Source of the DNA: Candidatus Yanofskybacteria bacterium
GTDB lineage: Bacteria > Patescibacteriota > Minisyncoccia > JACQLN01
Length of the DNA stretch: 58,156 bases
Reading direction: 5' to 3'
Assembly: GCA_943359335.1 (NCBI GenBank)
Contig: CALRHC010000004.1
Coordinates: 1 to 58,156, forward strand
Shown here: piece after piece, positions 45,561 to 57,936 of the stretch
Numbering within the stretch: the first letter of the stretch is position 1
Layout: the number at the start of each line of letters is the position of its first letter
The notes under the pieces: generated by a model
The model's database searches: none
What the model was told of the DNA's origin: nothing
What the model saw: only the letters and a program-made list of their open reading frames with translations
Program-made: the position numbers and the translations under genes

Positions 45561-46775
45561 ATGGACAAGCCAGATCACAAAAAACTCGGGCAAGAACTAG
45601 ATCTCTTTTGTTTTTCAGAACTTGTAGGCAGTGGCCTACCTTTATGGACGCCCAAAGGCACGGTAATTAGAAACCTGCTTGATACTTTTGTTTGGGAACT
45701 TCGCCAAAAACAAGGCTACCAGTTAGTAGATATTCCTCATATAACCAAAAAAGATTTATACATAAAAAGCGGCCATTGGGATAAATTTAAAGATGAACTT
45801 TTTCACATTAAAACTCGCGAAGACCACGAGTTTGCTTTAAAACCGATGAACTGCCCACATCATATTCAAATTTTTGATCGTAAGCCTCATAGCTGGCGTG
45901 AAATGCCTCAACGCTATGCTTCTACCACCAAAATGTATCGCGACGAACAAACCGGCGAACTAAATGGCCTTGCTCGTGTGCGCGCTATAACAATAGACGA
46001 CGCTCATGTTTTCTGCCGCCAAAATCAAATTAAAAAAGAATTTAGTAGTGTTTGGGATACTATAGATACTTTTTATAAGACCATCGGCTTTCAACTTACT
46101 GTTAGGCTTTCTTTCCATGACCCTAAACAAAAAGAAAAATATTTGGGTACGCCCGAAATGTGGAAGTTTGCCGAAGATCAATTACGAGAAATTGCAAAAG
46201 ATAAAGGTGTTACTGCCGAAGAAGCCTTGGGTGAAGCCGCTTTCTACGGGCCAAAAATAGATTTTACAGCCAAGGATTCTTTGGGCCGAGAATGGCAAGT
46301 GGCTACAATTCAATTAGATATTAATATGCCGGAAAGGTTTGATTTAAATTGTATTAACGAAAAAGGAGAAAAAGAAAGATTGGTTATGGTTCATAGCGCT
46401 ATATTGGGCTCTATAGAAAGATCGCTCGCTGTATTAATAGAGCATTTTAATGGTGCTTTCCCTTTGTGGCTTGCACCTGTTCAAGTTGCAGTCTTGCCTA
46501 TAAGCGACAAAGTTACTGACTACGCCAATAAAATTGCCGGCAAGCTAACCGAAGCCGGCATACGGTTTGAGGTTTACGAAAAAAATGAAACTATTGGCAA
46601 AAAAATCCGCGAAGCCGAAACTCAAAAGATTCCTTACTTGGTAATTGTTGGCGCTAAAGAAGAAGAAAATAAAACTGTAACTATTAGAAAAAGAGGTGGT
46701 GAAGATTTAGGCGCAATGAATGTTGAAGATTTTGTGTCTAAGTTAAAGAAAGAAATTGAATCCAAGTCTCTCTAA
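45561..46775 (+). CDS. thrS: Threonyl-tRNA synthetase (short form)
   Basis: DHKKLG, KPMNCPHH, AAFYGPKID, GSIER, anticodon-binding domain. Confidence 0.96.
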   Translation: MDKPDHKKLGQELDLFCFSELVGSGLPLWTPKGTVIRNLLDTFVWELRQKQGYQLVDIPHITKKDLYIKSGHWDKFKDELFHIKTREDHEFALKPMNCPHHIQIFDRKPHSWREMPQRYASTTKMYRDEQTGELNGLARVRAITIDDAHVFCRQNQIKKEFSSVWDTIDTFYKTIGFQLTVRLSFHDPKQKEKYLGTPEMWKFAEDQLREIAKDKGVTAEEALGEAAFYGPKIDFTAKDSLGREWQVATIQLDINMPERFDLNCINEKGEKERLVMVHSAILGSIERSLAVLIEHFNGAFPLWLAPVQVAVLPISDKVTDYANKIAGKLTEAGIRFEVYEKNETIGKKIREAETQKIPYLVIVGAKEEENKTVTIRKRGGEDLGAMNVEDFVSKLKKEIESKSL

Positions 46776-46816
46776 ATAAAATACCGCCCCGATCTTGTAT
46801 CGGGGCGGATTGTTTT

Positions 46817-47278
46817 TCAGATAGGAACAACTATGGCCGCGCGAATCGCGCATGCCGGAATATCTGCGTTCCATTTGTCGCGAGCATCTTCTGCTTCTTC
46901 TTTATCGGTGTAAAGTTTAGGATAAACCAACTCTTGTGGATTATCCTCAAAAACCAAAATGAAAGTCTCTTCTGTCCAAGTTTCTTGTAAAATAGTCTCA
47001 GCAAGTCTGGAAATTTCGTCAGACAACACTTTATTCTTGCATTCAATAGCAATGCTTTTTAAGCTTTCAGAAATTTTCTGCCTTTCCTTATCTAGAATCT
47101 GCATTCCACCCATAATTTGCAAAATAAGCGTTGTGCATACCGATGAAACAGCTTGACCCAAACTTGCGGGATCTCCACTCCTAGCATCCGCTATCATTCT
47201 TTGAGCATGATATTTCAAATGCGTAAGAAGGATTTTATAAGCTGGTCTTTTCTCTGGTCTTTCCTGCTGATCAGTCAT
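46817..47278 (-). CDS. Hypothetical protein
   Basis: SD AAGGAG; terminator at 46784-46816. Confidence 0.7.
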   Translation of the reverse strand: MTDQQERPEKRPAYKILLTHLKYHAQRMIADARSGDPASLGQAVSSVCTTLILQIMGGMQILDKERQKISESLKSIAIECKNKVLSDEISRLAETILQETWTEETFILVFEDNPQELVYPKLYTDKEEAEDARDKWNADIPACAIRAAIVVPI

Positions 47279-47345
47279 GCCTATTCTCTCCTTTGAAAGA
47301 ACTGTGTTTGGTTGAACTTCTTAAGTAGTAATGTATAATCAAGCT

Positions 47346-48257
47346 ATGAATTTGTCAAATACCAATTTACCCAAGGTTATTACAATTCTCGGTATTACCT
47401 CTTCTGGTAAAACAAGCCTTGCAATAGAACTCGCCAAAAAATTTAATGGCGAGGTAGTTTCGGCTGATTCTAGGCAAATATATAAAGAATTTAATATTGG
47501 CACAGCCAAGCCCGAGGGTGTTTGGGAAAATGAAAAGTTTGTATACAAAGGAATAACTCATTATTTGATTGATGAAGTTGACCCAACAGAAGATTTTACG
47601 CTTTCTCAATACCAAAAGTTAGCTACCGAAAAACTAAAAGAAATTGCTTCGCGCAACAAAGTTCCATTTTTAATTGGTGGTACTCCGCTATATTTAAAAG
47701 CTGTTTTAGAAAACTGGAACATACCCGAAGTTAAACCTAATTTACGCCTTCGCCAAGAACTAGAACAAAAAGATGTTTTAGAGCTTTTTAATATATTAAA
47801 AGAAAAAGACCCCGAAGCTGCTTTAATTACTGGTAACACTAATAAAAGAAGAATAATAAGAGCCTTAGAAGTTATAGCCGAAACCGGCGAAAAATTTTCT
47901 AACCAGCGGAAAATTGGTAAGCTAGTTTTTGATTCTTTAAAAATTGGTATAAAAATAGAAAAAGAAGAATTGGTTAAAAAAATAACCCAAAGAACTAAAG
48001 AAATGTTTAAAAAAGGTTTAGCCGAAGAAGTAAAACAATTAAGCGAAAAATATGGTTGGAATATTACCCCAATGCAAAGTATTGGCTACCAAGAATTTAA
48101 AGATGAAACTAATTTAGATAAAATAGAAAATTTAATAATACAAAACACACTCGCCTACACCAAACGGCAAACAACGTGGTTTAAAAAAGATAAAGATATA
48201 GTTTGGGTAACTTCGCCAAAAGAAACCGAAGAAAAAATAAAAAGTTTTTTGAAATAA
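47346..48257 (+). CDS. miaA: tRNA dimethylallyltransferase
   Basis: GITSSGKT, SADSRQIY, IGTAKP, GGTPLY, IGYQE, KRQTTWF. Confidence 0.96.
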   Translation: MNLSNTNLPKVITILGITSSGKTSLAIELAKKFNGEVVSADSRQIYKEFNIGTAKPEGVWENEKFVYKGITHYLIDEVDPTEDFTLSQYQKLATEKLKEIASRNKVPFLIGGTPLYLKAVLENWNIPEVKPNLRLRQELEQKDVLELFNILKEKDPEAALITGNTNKRRIIRALEVIAETGEKFSNQRKIGKLVFDSLKIGIKIEKEELVKKITQRTKEMFKKGLAEEVKQLSEKYGWNITPMQSIGYQEFKDETNLDKIENLIIQNTLAYTKRQTTWFKKDKDIVWVTSPKETEEKIKSFLK

Positions 48258-48312
48258 AAAAAGAGAGCACATTTCTGTGCTCTCAAGACTCTGGCTATTT
48301 GGAACTGACCGA

Positions 48313-48774
48313 CTAGCGATTCAGAATCGCCATAATCTCATCCAGTTTAGCTGTTTGTTCAGCAATACTGGCAACGTGCTTCTCGTGTTTTTCCTTCGCT
48401 TCGTGGAGTATAGTCTGAAGAGAAGAAAAGATGTCGAGAATTGGGAGACAGCCTAGCATGACAATAGAGTCATTCTCACTGGTGGGACAAATCTCTTTAT
48501 CCCTTGCTGTGAAAATATTACCCTTATCGTCTAGGTAAACACTCAATTCCCCATCAATAAGACCGATCCCCACAGCCCTTTTTGAAACAGTGCCACCTCT
48601 TTCGTTTTGGAACAACAACGGAGAGACCACGTACCTCACCAGTGGTCTCAGTGTGTTCATCAACGCTTTTAGAACTTCCCAGTACTTTTTTGCCAACTCC
48701 AGGTCCTCTGGGTGGCCAGTAACATTGAGACTGTGAAGCGTCTGGCCTTTGGGGGCGCTGTTGGACGTATCCAT
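48313..48774 (-). CDS. Hypothetical protein
   Basis: SD GAGGAG; promoter TTGACA...TATACT; own terminator. Confidence 0.7.
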   Translation of the reverse strand: MDTSNSAPKGQTLHSLNVTGHPEDLELAKKYWEVLKALMNTLRPLVRYVVSPLLFQNERGGTVSKRAVGIGLIDGELSVYLDDKGNIFTARDKEICPTSENDSIVMLGCLPILDIFSSLQTILHEAKEKHEKHVASIAEQTAKLDEIMAILNR

Positions 48775-48897
48775 TGTCAGCTCCTCTTATGGTTTTGCCC
48801 TATAAAGGGCAGGTTTTTATGAGAAAGAACATAGCCGATTTGACTATGTTCTAAGTATAAACTATTTAACGCTTAATGTCAATATAAACGCTATTTA

Positions 48898-48932
48898 AGC
48901 CCAGTAACGTACATTTGTATGCGTTACTGGGT
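48898..48932. repeat. Palindromic repeat, copy 2, overlapping the gatB stop codon
   Basis: agcccagtaacgtacatttgtatgcgttactgggt. Confidence 0.8.
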
Positions 48933-50417
48933 AAGCAATTCTTTTAATATTTCCTCTCCAACTTGTGGGTTAGCTTTGCCTTTAGTAGCTTTCATTAACT
49001 GGCCGACTAAAAATTTAATAGATTCTACTTTGCCTTTTTTATAATCCTCTACTGGTTTTGGATTTGCCGCAATAACCTCTTGAGCCGATTTTTTAATTTC
49101 TTCTATATCACTAACCTGCCCTAAGTTTTTGTCTAGTAAAATTTGGTGAGGATCTTCGCCTGTGTTAAACATTTCTGCCAAAATTGTTTGTGCCGCCGAA
49201 GAAGATATTTTGCCTTGGTGGATTAAAATAATAAGTTCGGCAAAATCTTCGGGATTAATAAGTAAACCAGAAACTTTTCCTTTAGATTCCGAAAGTAGTT
49301 TCTGTAATTCAGTAATTAAGTAATTAGATGAAAGTTTAATTAACTTTTGCTTTATGGAAGCATCTTCAATTTTTTCATCTATAAACCAACTTTCCAGTTC
49401 TGTAATAGTTTTTTCGAAGTAATCCCCTAGTTCTTTTTCTACAGTAAGAACTTGGCTATCTTTTTGTGTAATATTATATTCACCAACAAATCTTTCGCGG
49501 CGCGAAGCTGGTAGTTCGGGCAATTCTTGTTTTATAAATTCAATTTGAGCTTTGTCTAACCTAACTGGTGGTAAATCGGGTTCAGGGAAATAACGGTAAT
49601 CGTGCGATTCTTCTTTGCTTCGTTGTGAAAAAGTTTCCGATTTATTTTCATCCCAACCCCTTGTTTCCTGTGTAACTTTTTCGCCAGCATCTAAAACTTC
49701 TGCTTGGCGTTTTATTTCGTAATCAATGGCACGTTCGCAAGCACGAAAAGAATTTAAGTTTTTAATTTCAACTTTAGTGCCAAATTTATCGGCGCCTTCT
49801 GGCATTATAGAAATATTGGCTTCTATTCTTAGCTGGCCCTTTTCCATATCGGCTTCGGAAACATTTAAATAGCGGAGTAACAACTGAAATTCTTCGCCAA
49901 ATTCTTTGGCTTCTATACCAGTTTCAATACTGGGTTCGGTTACTAATTCCATTAAGGGAACACCGGCACGATTAAAATCAACATAACTTTTTAGAGTTTT
50001 GGATTTAGGGTTTAGAATTTGCGACTCATGTATGAGTCGTCCAGTATCTTCCTCTAAATGAATTCTCTTTATTTTAATTTCTTTGCCACTAGATAATTTT
50101 AAGATACCATCTTCGCAAAAAGGTTTTTCGAATTGAGAAATTTGGTAACCTTTGGGTATATCTGGGTAAAAATAGTTTTTACGTTCGAACCAAGAGTATT
50201 CATTTATTTTAGAACCCAAAGCCAAGCCGGTTTTTATAACCTTGTGAACAGCTTCGATATTTATAACAGGCAAAGTTCCTGGGTGCGCCATACACACAGG
50301 GCAAACATTTGTATTGGGACTCGTTTCGTTAGGGTTATTAGCCGAATCACAAAACATTTTAGTTTTGGTATTCAACTCCACATGTATTTCTAACCCAATA
50401 ACCGGCTTGTATTTCAT
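48924..50417 (-). CDS. gatB: Asp/Glu-tRNA amidotransferase subunit B
   Basis: IGLEIHVEL, KNYFYPD, NRAGVPLMEL, YRYFPEPDL; start reassigned to MKYKP. Confidence 0.97.
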   Translation of the reverse strand: MKYKPVIGLEIHVELNTKTKMFCDSANNPNETSPNTNVCPVCMAHPGTLPVINIEAVHKVIKTGLALGSKINEYSWFERKNYFYPDIPKGYQISQFEKPFCEDGILKLSSGKEIKIKRIHLEEDTGRLIHESQILNPKSKTLKSYVDFNRAGVPLMELVTEPSIETGIEAKEFGEEFQLLLRYLNVSEADMEKGQLRIEANISIMPEGADKFGTKVEIKNLNSFRACERAIDYEIKRQAEVLDAGEKVTQETRGWDENKSETFSQRSKEESHDYRYFPEPDLPPVRLDKAQIEFIKQELPELPASRRERFVGEYNITQKDSQVLTVEKELGDYFEKTITELESWFIDEKIEDASIKQKLIKLSSNYLITELQKLLSESKGKVSGLLINPEDFAELIILIHQGKISSSAAQTILAEMFNTGEDPHQILLDKNLGQVSDIEEIKKSAQEVIAANPKPVEDYKKGKVESIKFLVGQLMKATKGKANPQVGEEILKELLTQ

Positions 50418-50487
50418 TATCTGATAATAGCATTTTGTTTTCGTATTAAAAAAGCCCTCCAACGTTTTTGTCGGAGGGCCAAACCTT

Positions 50488-52104
50488 TTACTTCTTTTGC
50501 AGCAAATCTAGTTTCTTTTGCGTGGCCAATTCTGCAGCCATGCGAGTAAGTTCCGGATCTTCGCCTGTGTTCACAAACCTCATTGCACCACCAATTATGG
50601 GATGAACCCCGCACAACTGCCGATGCATCTCTTTAACAATCTTCCGATAACCCGGATGACCTTGAGGAGTTGTCCGCAATTCATGTATATGAAAAGATTC
50701 ACGAGCATTCACCATAAAACGATAACGCATAAGGTTTCCCAAAAGCGTTGCATACTGTGCTTCCTCTTCGTAACTATGCTGGTTCATTGTTCTAAAAAGA
50801 CTGCTGGATATTTGGAAACATCTCTGGAACGTATCGGTAAAACCAGCTTCCTGAACAAGTTCTGTTACTTCATAACCATACGAAGGAGTAAGTCTCTGCC
50901 ACTCCCACATATCTACCATTCTATGACGCTGCAAATCCCTAAATGTTCCGTAATCGCCGATAATTTCCCATTCGTAGTGGGCTCTCTCAAGCGCTCGCCC
51001 TGGTTTGTGCCTACGATTCAACCGTCCAGCTAAAAATTCTTGCAGCACTTCTTGTTTCCGTTCTTCCGACCAATTGTCGACGATCCTGTATATTTCGGAC
51101 ATAGACATATCGCACTCGGAAAAAAGAAATTCAGAAACAAGCTCCAGCTCGTCCTTTGGTTCATAACCTACCATCGTAACCTTGGGACCAACTATTGATT
51201 CATCGGGCTTAAAATTTATTTTATCTGCCTCGTTCCATAACCGTTTTGCGATAACAGAAATCTTTTCCCTATGCGCCATACGATAAGCAACCATAGCACC
51301 ACCACGTTCGGGTAAATCCGTACGTTCAAAAAATACTCCGGCTACTTTTCTAGCTTCTTTTAGAATTTGAAGGCCAACCCTACTACACTCTTCGAGTGGT
51401 TCGGATTCCAAATGAAGAATCAAGCTTTCTATAGCCTGTGCCGAAGCCACAATTCCAACTGTAGAAGTAGTAGCTACAGGCAACACAGCCCTAACCGCAT
51501 CGCAAGCTTGGGCCCGAGTAGCCCCTAACCATGCAATGCGTGCAACTTTTTCTTTTGGTTCTTCAACTTTCTTACGCACAAATTCTGTAACGCCATGAAC
51601 CATCGCAGAATACAAAGAAAAAATATCGTCCATAACATCTACATACGTACGCCTGATACTTGGACGGAGATTTTCAGGAACGTAGTAACGGTATCTATCC
51701 CCAACCTTTTGATCGAAGAAAATATAACGAGTAGATTGTTCCAAATATGAAGCCAACCTACCCCATTCCAATTTCTTGGTTAATAAATTGGAAGCATTTT
51801 CTACCACCAAAGAAATCGGCATCAGTTGTTGAACCGAATCATCTCCAAAAGCAGTTATAACCCTGCTTAAAAGCGCGTCGGCTTTTTCTTCTGATGCCGC
51901 GAATTCATCTAGGTAAATCTGCCTCAAATCGTCGGCCCTGCGAGAAAGACGTGCCATCGCCGCCGCCACTAAAAGTGGCGAGGCTTCGCTGGTAAAAGCA
52001 TAAACGGAACCAGATGGATCTGTGACAATTCTAGAAAGATACTCCTGACCAACAGGTGTGATTACTAAGCCTGCCTCGGTTTTTTCTACATATGGATTAG
52101 CCAT
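50488..52104 (-). CDS. thyX: Flavin-dependent thymidylate synthase, tandem-domain form
   Basis: FGDDSV, LEQSTRY, FRDLQRHR, ELRTTPQGHPGYR; start MANPY after an SD. Confidence 0.88.
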   Translation of the reverse strand: MANPYVEKTEAGLVITPVGQEYLSRIVTDPSGSVYAFTSEASPLLVAAAMARLSRRADDLRQIYLDEFAASEEKADALLSRVITAFGDDSVQQLMPISLVVENASNLLTKKLEWGRLASYLEQSTRYIFFDQKVGDRYRYYVPENLRPSIRRTYVDVMDDIFSLYSAMVHGVTEFVRKKVEEPKEKVARIAWLGATRAQACDAVRAVLPVATTSTVGIVASAQAIESLILHLESEPLEECSRVGLQILKEARKVAGVFFERTDLPERGGAMVAYRMAHREKISVIAKRLWNEADKINFKPDESIVGPKVTMVGYEPKDELELVSEFLFSECDMSMSEIYRIVDNWSEERKQEVLQEFLAGRLNRRHKPGRALERAHYEWEIIGDYGTFRDLQRHRMVDMWEWQRLTPSYGYEVTELVQEAGFTDTFQRCFQISSSLFRTMNQHSYEEEAQYATLLGNLMRYRFMVNARESFHIHELRTTPQGHPGYRKIVKEMHRQLCGVHPIIGGAMRFVNTGEDPELTRMAAELATQKKLDLLQKK

Positions 52105-52118
52105 CTCTGTTTTCTCCT

Positions 52119-52802
52119 TTATATGAGAGGTTGGATTTTTGCCCAAATTAAATCAGCAACTACTTCTTGTGAAAAAATATCTTTGCCATCGTCACAGACG
52201 ATGACTTCGAAATCATTTGGATAAACACGGGCTAATTCCATATAAGAAAGCCAGCTTAATTCTAAATACTCGCTGTCAACTTCGTGTATATCTTTTGCTT
52301 TTCCGCCAAGATAATCTCTTCTGGCTTTTTGTTCTATCAACCTAACTGCGATTTCGGGATTTACAGAAAGAATGAAATTTTTTGTTGGGCGTGGAATTCC
52401 TAAAAAATTGTGCTCAAAATCTAAATTCCATTCCCAAAACCTCAATCTTTCGTAGCTATCTCTAATCTTTGCTCCTTGATGTCCTAGATTAGCAGCAGTA
52501 TATCTATTAGATAAAATCACAGAACCAGATTCTAACCAATTACGAATTTCAACAGACGCACAAAACCTATCTACAGCATATAAAACAGCACCCTTCTTTG
52601 GACCAATTTCTTCTTTGGTACCCAAAAGTCCATTAAGATAAAGCTCTACTGGACCCGCAGATTTATGTCCGTATCTTGGAAAATCTACAACTTTAAAATC
52701 TATACCCTCCGCTAACAATCTCTGAGATAAAATCTGAACCTGCGTACCTTTACCCGAACCATCTATGCCATCAATCACAATCAACTTACCTTTCGAAGAC
52801 AT
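52119..52802 (-). CDS. tmk: Thymidylate kinase
   Basis: IDGIDGSGKGTQ, FPRY, LYAVDR, NRY. Confidence 0.92.
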   Translation of the reverse strand: MSSKGKLIVIDGIDGSGKGTQVQILSQRLLAEGIDFKVVDFPRYGHKSAGPVELYLNGLLGTKEEIGPKKGAVLYAVDRFCASVEIRNWLESGSVILSNRYTAANLGHQGAKIRDSYERLRFWEWNLDFEHNFLGIPRPTKNFILSVNPEIAVRLIEQKARRDYLGGKAKDIHEVDSEYLELSWLSYMELARVYPNDFEVIVCDDGKDIFSQEVVADLIWAKIQPLI

Positions 52803-52904
52803 GAGGAACTCCTTTCTTTAGGGTTTTTAAGGAACAAAATTAACTGGAGGTTAACATGGCTTTATAAAATTAAAAAGAGGCGCACTGGTGGCGCCTCAAT
52901 GAAC

Positions 52905-54008
52905 TTATATAAACTGCTTTGCTAAACGAGGAACAGAAAACTCCATCGCATAACTAGAATCAGAAGAAGAATCGTAAGACATCTCGGGAATTTCCGCCAT
53001 ACATTCAAACCTTATTTTCGCTATTGGTTGTTCATCGCGCAAAACAAGGTCTTCCAGCGGACGGACTTCCAAAACTAAACTTCTGCCACAACCGTTACCA
53101 TTTAATCCCCAACCCCAACCTGGGTCAATGTATCCTGCAAAATGAGAACGAAATTCTCCACAACGTTCATCCATCGCTACCATTTCGCAAGCATAACTAG
53201 GTGGAACGCGAACCCGCTCTTTTGTTTTGAAAATATAGAAACAACCTTCTTTAAGTTGAATTTTTCCCTTATGTACTTTGAGTGGTCTAAAAAAATCTAG
53301 TGGCTGATAACCGCGAGTCTTATCCCAATCTAAAACATTGTTTACACCCAAACATTCCCAACCCACAATGTCTCCATCTAAATCTATAGTTAGGATAACG
53401 GAACCATCGCCATCTTTGATTCTTATTTCTGAATATTGAAAAGGCCTCTTGCCATCTCCATACCACATCAACTGGTTTTTCGAGAAAGATTCTACAAGTT
53501 GTTCTTCGTTAAAACGTGTATCCATATTAAAGAAACGCATTTGAGACAAAGTTGTACCCTTACTTATTTTAATTGGAAAATATTTTGGTGTAACTATCAA
53601 CCAAAGATCTCCGGAAAAGCCGGCTGGATAAATTGCATCGTACCTAGAAATTCTATCTGCCAAAACTCGCGCATGGACACCGTTACGTCCAGTGGAAGAT
53701 TTTGGATTTGCAAAAGCATACACATCTTCTGGCAAACGAAGAGATTCTTCAAGTTTTATAAGATACGCTACATTTTTTTCTAAAGGCAGATCCAAGTAGT
53801 GCCTTGAAACCTCTATTTGGCTTAAAACTTCTTCGACTGTTTCGTGGGGCCTTGGTAAAAAAATACCATCTACACGAAAAATTTCTTCGGAAATAGACAG
53901 ATCCATAGAAGCTGGACGCACATTATGTTGCGACGCACCCAATATTCTACGAGAACTTATCATTTCTTTTATTACCTGAACAGGCAAGGCTCCTTTTCCA
54001 CTTACCAT
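52905..54008 (-). CDS. dcd: dCTP deaminase, long DCD family
   Basis: PASMDL, ANPKSSTGR, HFAGYIDPGWG, VLEVR; ATG at 54008 fits the SD spacing. Confidence 0.85.
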   Translation of the reverse strand: MVSGKGALPVQVIKEMISSRRILGASQHNVRPASMDLSISEEIFRVDGIFLPRPHETVEEVLSQIEVSRHYLDLPLEKNVAYLIKLEESLRLPEDVYAFANPKSSTGRNGVHARVLADRISRYDAIYPAGFSGDLWLIVTPKYFPIKISKGTTLSQMRFFNMDTRFNEEQLVESFSKNQLMWYGDGKRPFQYSEIRIKDGDGSVILTIDLDGDIVGWECLGVNNVLDWDKTRGYQPLDFFRPLKVHKGKIQLKEGCFYIFKTKERVRVPPSYACEMVAMDERCGEFRSHFAGYIDPGWGWGLNGNGCGRSLVLEVRPLEDLVLRDEQPIAKIRFECMAEIPEMSYDSSSDSSYAMEFSVPRLAKQFI

Positions 54009-54100
54009 AAACAATCTCCTTTTTGATTTTTAGAAAGAACTAAAAACACGAACCAGATTGGTTCGTGTTTTAGGTTAGCAATTTATTTAATCTAATTCAA

Positions 54101-54526
54101 TTACTTGGAAACCTCAATACCCATACTTCTTGCAGTTCCTTCTATAATCTTCATGGCTTGCTCTACTGTATCAGCACTTAAGTCTGGCATTTTAATTTCG
54201 GCGATTTGGCGAACTTGTTCGCGTGTAACTTTGCCTATTTTTGCCTTTAAAGGATCCTTGGCACCTTTTTCTACTTTAGCTGCTTTTTTTAATAAATCGG
54301 AAGCTGGAGGTGTTTTATATTTCAAATCGAAAGTTCTATCTTCGTAGATAGTTATTTCAACAGGAATAACATTGTCGCCTTTATCAGCAGTAGCTGCGTT
54401 AAATTTGGAACAAAAATCCTGCAAGTTTAAACCATGAGGCCCTAATGCGGTACCTACTGGTGGAGCTGGATTTGCTTTACCAGCCTGCAACTGAAGTTTT
54501 ACAACTGTTTTTATTTTTTTTGCCAT
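54101..54526 (-). CDS. rplK: 50S ribosomal protein L11
   Basis: [22 protein letters not shown]. Confidence 0.98.
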   Translation of the reverse strand: MAKKIKTVVKLQLQAGKANPAPPVGTALGPHGLNLQDFCSKFNAATADKGDNVIPVEITIYEDRTFDLKYKTPPASDLLKKAAKVEKGAKDPLKAKIGKVTREQVRQIAEIKMPDLSADTVEQAMKIIEGTARSMGIEVSK

Positions 54527-54532
54527 ATTTTT

Positions 54533-55078
54533 CTATATCTTTTTTATCTGTAAAAAATCTAATTCAACTGGAGTCTCTCGTCCGAACATCGAAACCAATA
54601 CTTTGATTTTACCTTTCTCTTCGTCTACAGCAGAGACCTTACCATCAAAATCTTTAAATGGACCGTCCGTTATTTTTACCGCATCTCCTACCGCAACGTC
54701 AATCTTATACTTAGGTTCGTCTATACCCATTCTGCGTTGAATTTCGTGAATTTCTTCATCGGAAACCGGAATAGGTGTAGTGCCCGAACCCACAAAGCCT
54801 GTAACGCGCGGAGTGTTTCTGGCAACATACCAAGAATCGTCTGTTACGTTCATCTCTACCAAAACATAACCCGGATAAATTTTTTCCTCTATCACACGGC
54901 GCTTGCCGTTTCTTATTTTAATTTTTTTCTCGGTAGGTACGATTACATTAAAAATTCTATCTTGCATACCTAAAGATTCAATTCTTTGTTTTAAATTGCG
55001 AGCCACCGTATCTTCGTACCCAGAGTGAGTATGAAGCACATACCAGTTTCGCCCATATTTTGATGTTTGTTTTGCCAT
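54533..55078 (-). CDS. nusG: Transcription factor NusG
   Basis: WYVLHTHSGYE, PGYVLVEM, KOW motif, FGRETPVEL. Confidence 0.98.
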   Translation of the reverse strand: MAKQTSKYGRNWYVLHTHSGYEDTVARNLKQRIESLGMQDRIFNVIVPTEKKIKIRNGKRRVIEEKIYPGYVLVEMNVTDDSWYVARNTPRVTGFVGSGTTPIPVSDEEIHEIQRRMGIDEPKYKIDVAVGDAVKITDGPFKDFDGKVSAVDEEKGKIKVLVSMFGRETPVELDFLQIKKI

Positions 55079-55192
55079 GTTTTTCTATGAATGAAATGAA
55101 TAGTTAAAAACATGTGTCCGCCGTAGCCTTGCTTGATTCTTTATCGTTACTTGATAAATACGGGCGAAGGCGGGCCATGTTCTTTAATTTAT

Positions 55193-55375
55193 TTAAAATA
55201 TAAATGTATTCAATAAAAACGAAAACAAATAATCTAATCCACCCAAAAAAACAGCGACTCCCAAAGATACTCCTATAACAAGCAAAGTATATCTGGTTGT
55301 TTGTTCACGAGTAGGCCAGTTAACCTTGCCTAACTCAACCCGTACGTCTTTCAAATATGATGTTAATTTACCCAT
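55193..55375 (-). CDS. secE: Preprotein translocase SecE
   Basis: ELGKVNWPTR plus TM; upstream of nusG. Confidence 0.95.
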   Translation of the reverse strand: MGKLTSYLKDVRVELGKVNWPTREQTTRYTLLVIGVSLGVAVFLGGLDYLFSFLLNTFIF

Positions 55376-55495
55376 TTTCTTTATTATTTAAGGTTTAAAA
55401 AAAGGCCCGCAGGCCATACTTGACTTTAACTATACTCCTAGGGCATACTTTCTGTCAATACCATGCAGTCCAATCCTTAAAAAAGGAGGGTGGTC

Positions 55496-55714
55496 ATGCT
55501 TAACTGGCTCTTTAAACTTACACCAGGAAGAAACTATCTGCTACAGGAGATTGCTAGGCTTCGAGGAGAAAGACTTCACTTACAAGGAATGCTGCACCTA
55601 AAGGAGGTGTTCATTTGTAGACTTGCCGAAAAATACCCCGAAGTACAGAAAGAGCTCAATGAGCTCAAGCTTCCTCCTATTCGGAAAGAAGAATTCATAG
55701 ATTCTCCTGTATAA
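55496..55714 (+). CDS. Small hypothetical protein
   Basis: SD AAGGAGG; terminator at 55718-55748. Confidence 0.6.
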   Translation: MLNWLFKLTPGRNYLLQEIARLRGERLHLQGMLHLKEVFICRLAEKYPEVQKELNELKLPPIRKEEFIDSPV

Positions 55715-55768
55715 GGCATACGCCCCGATAAACATCGGGGCGTATTTTAATTTTATTTTTGATATTTT

Positions 55769-57832
<2,064 letters not shown>

Positions 57833-57936
57833 CTAGCATCCCGCGAAAGCGAGGTGCTTTGTTTATAAGACCTAATTATCAATGATTAATTCTATCATTT
57901 TTAGTCGTAAAAATCAATCAAAAAACGCTCTCGTTT

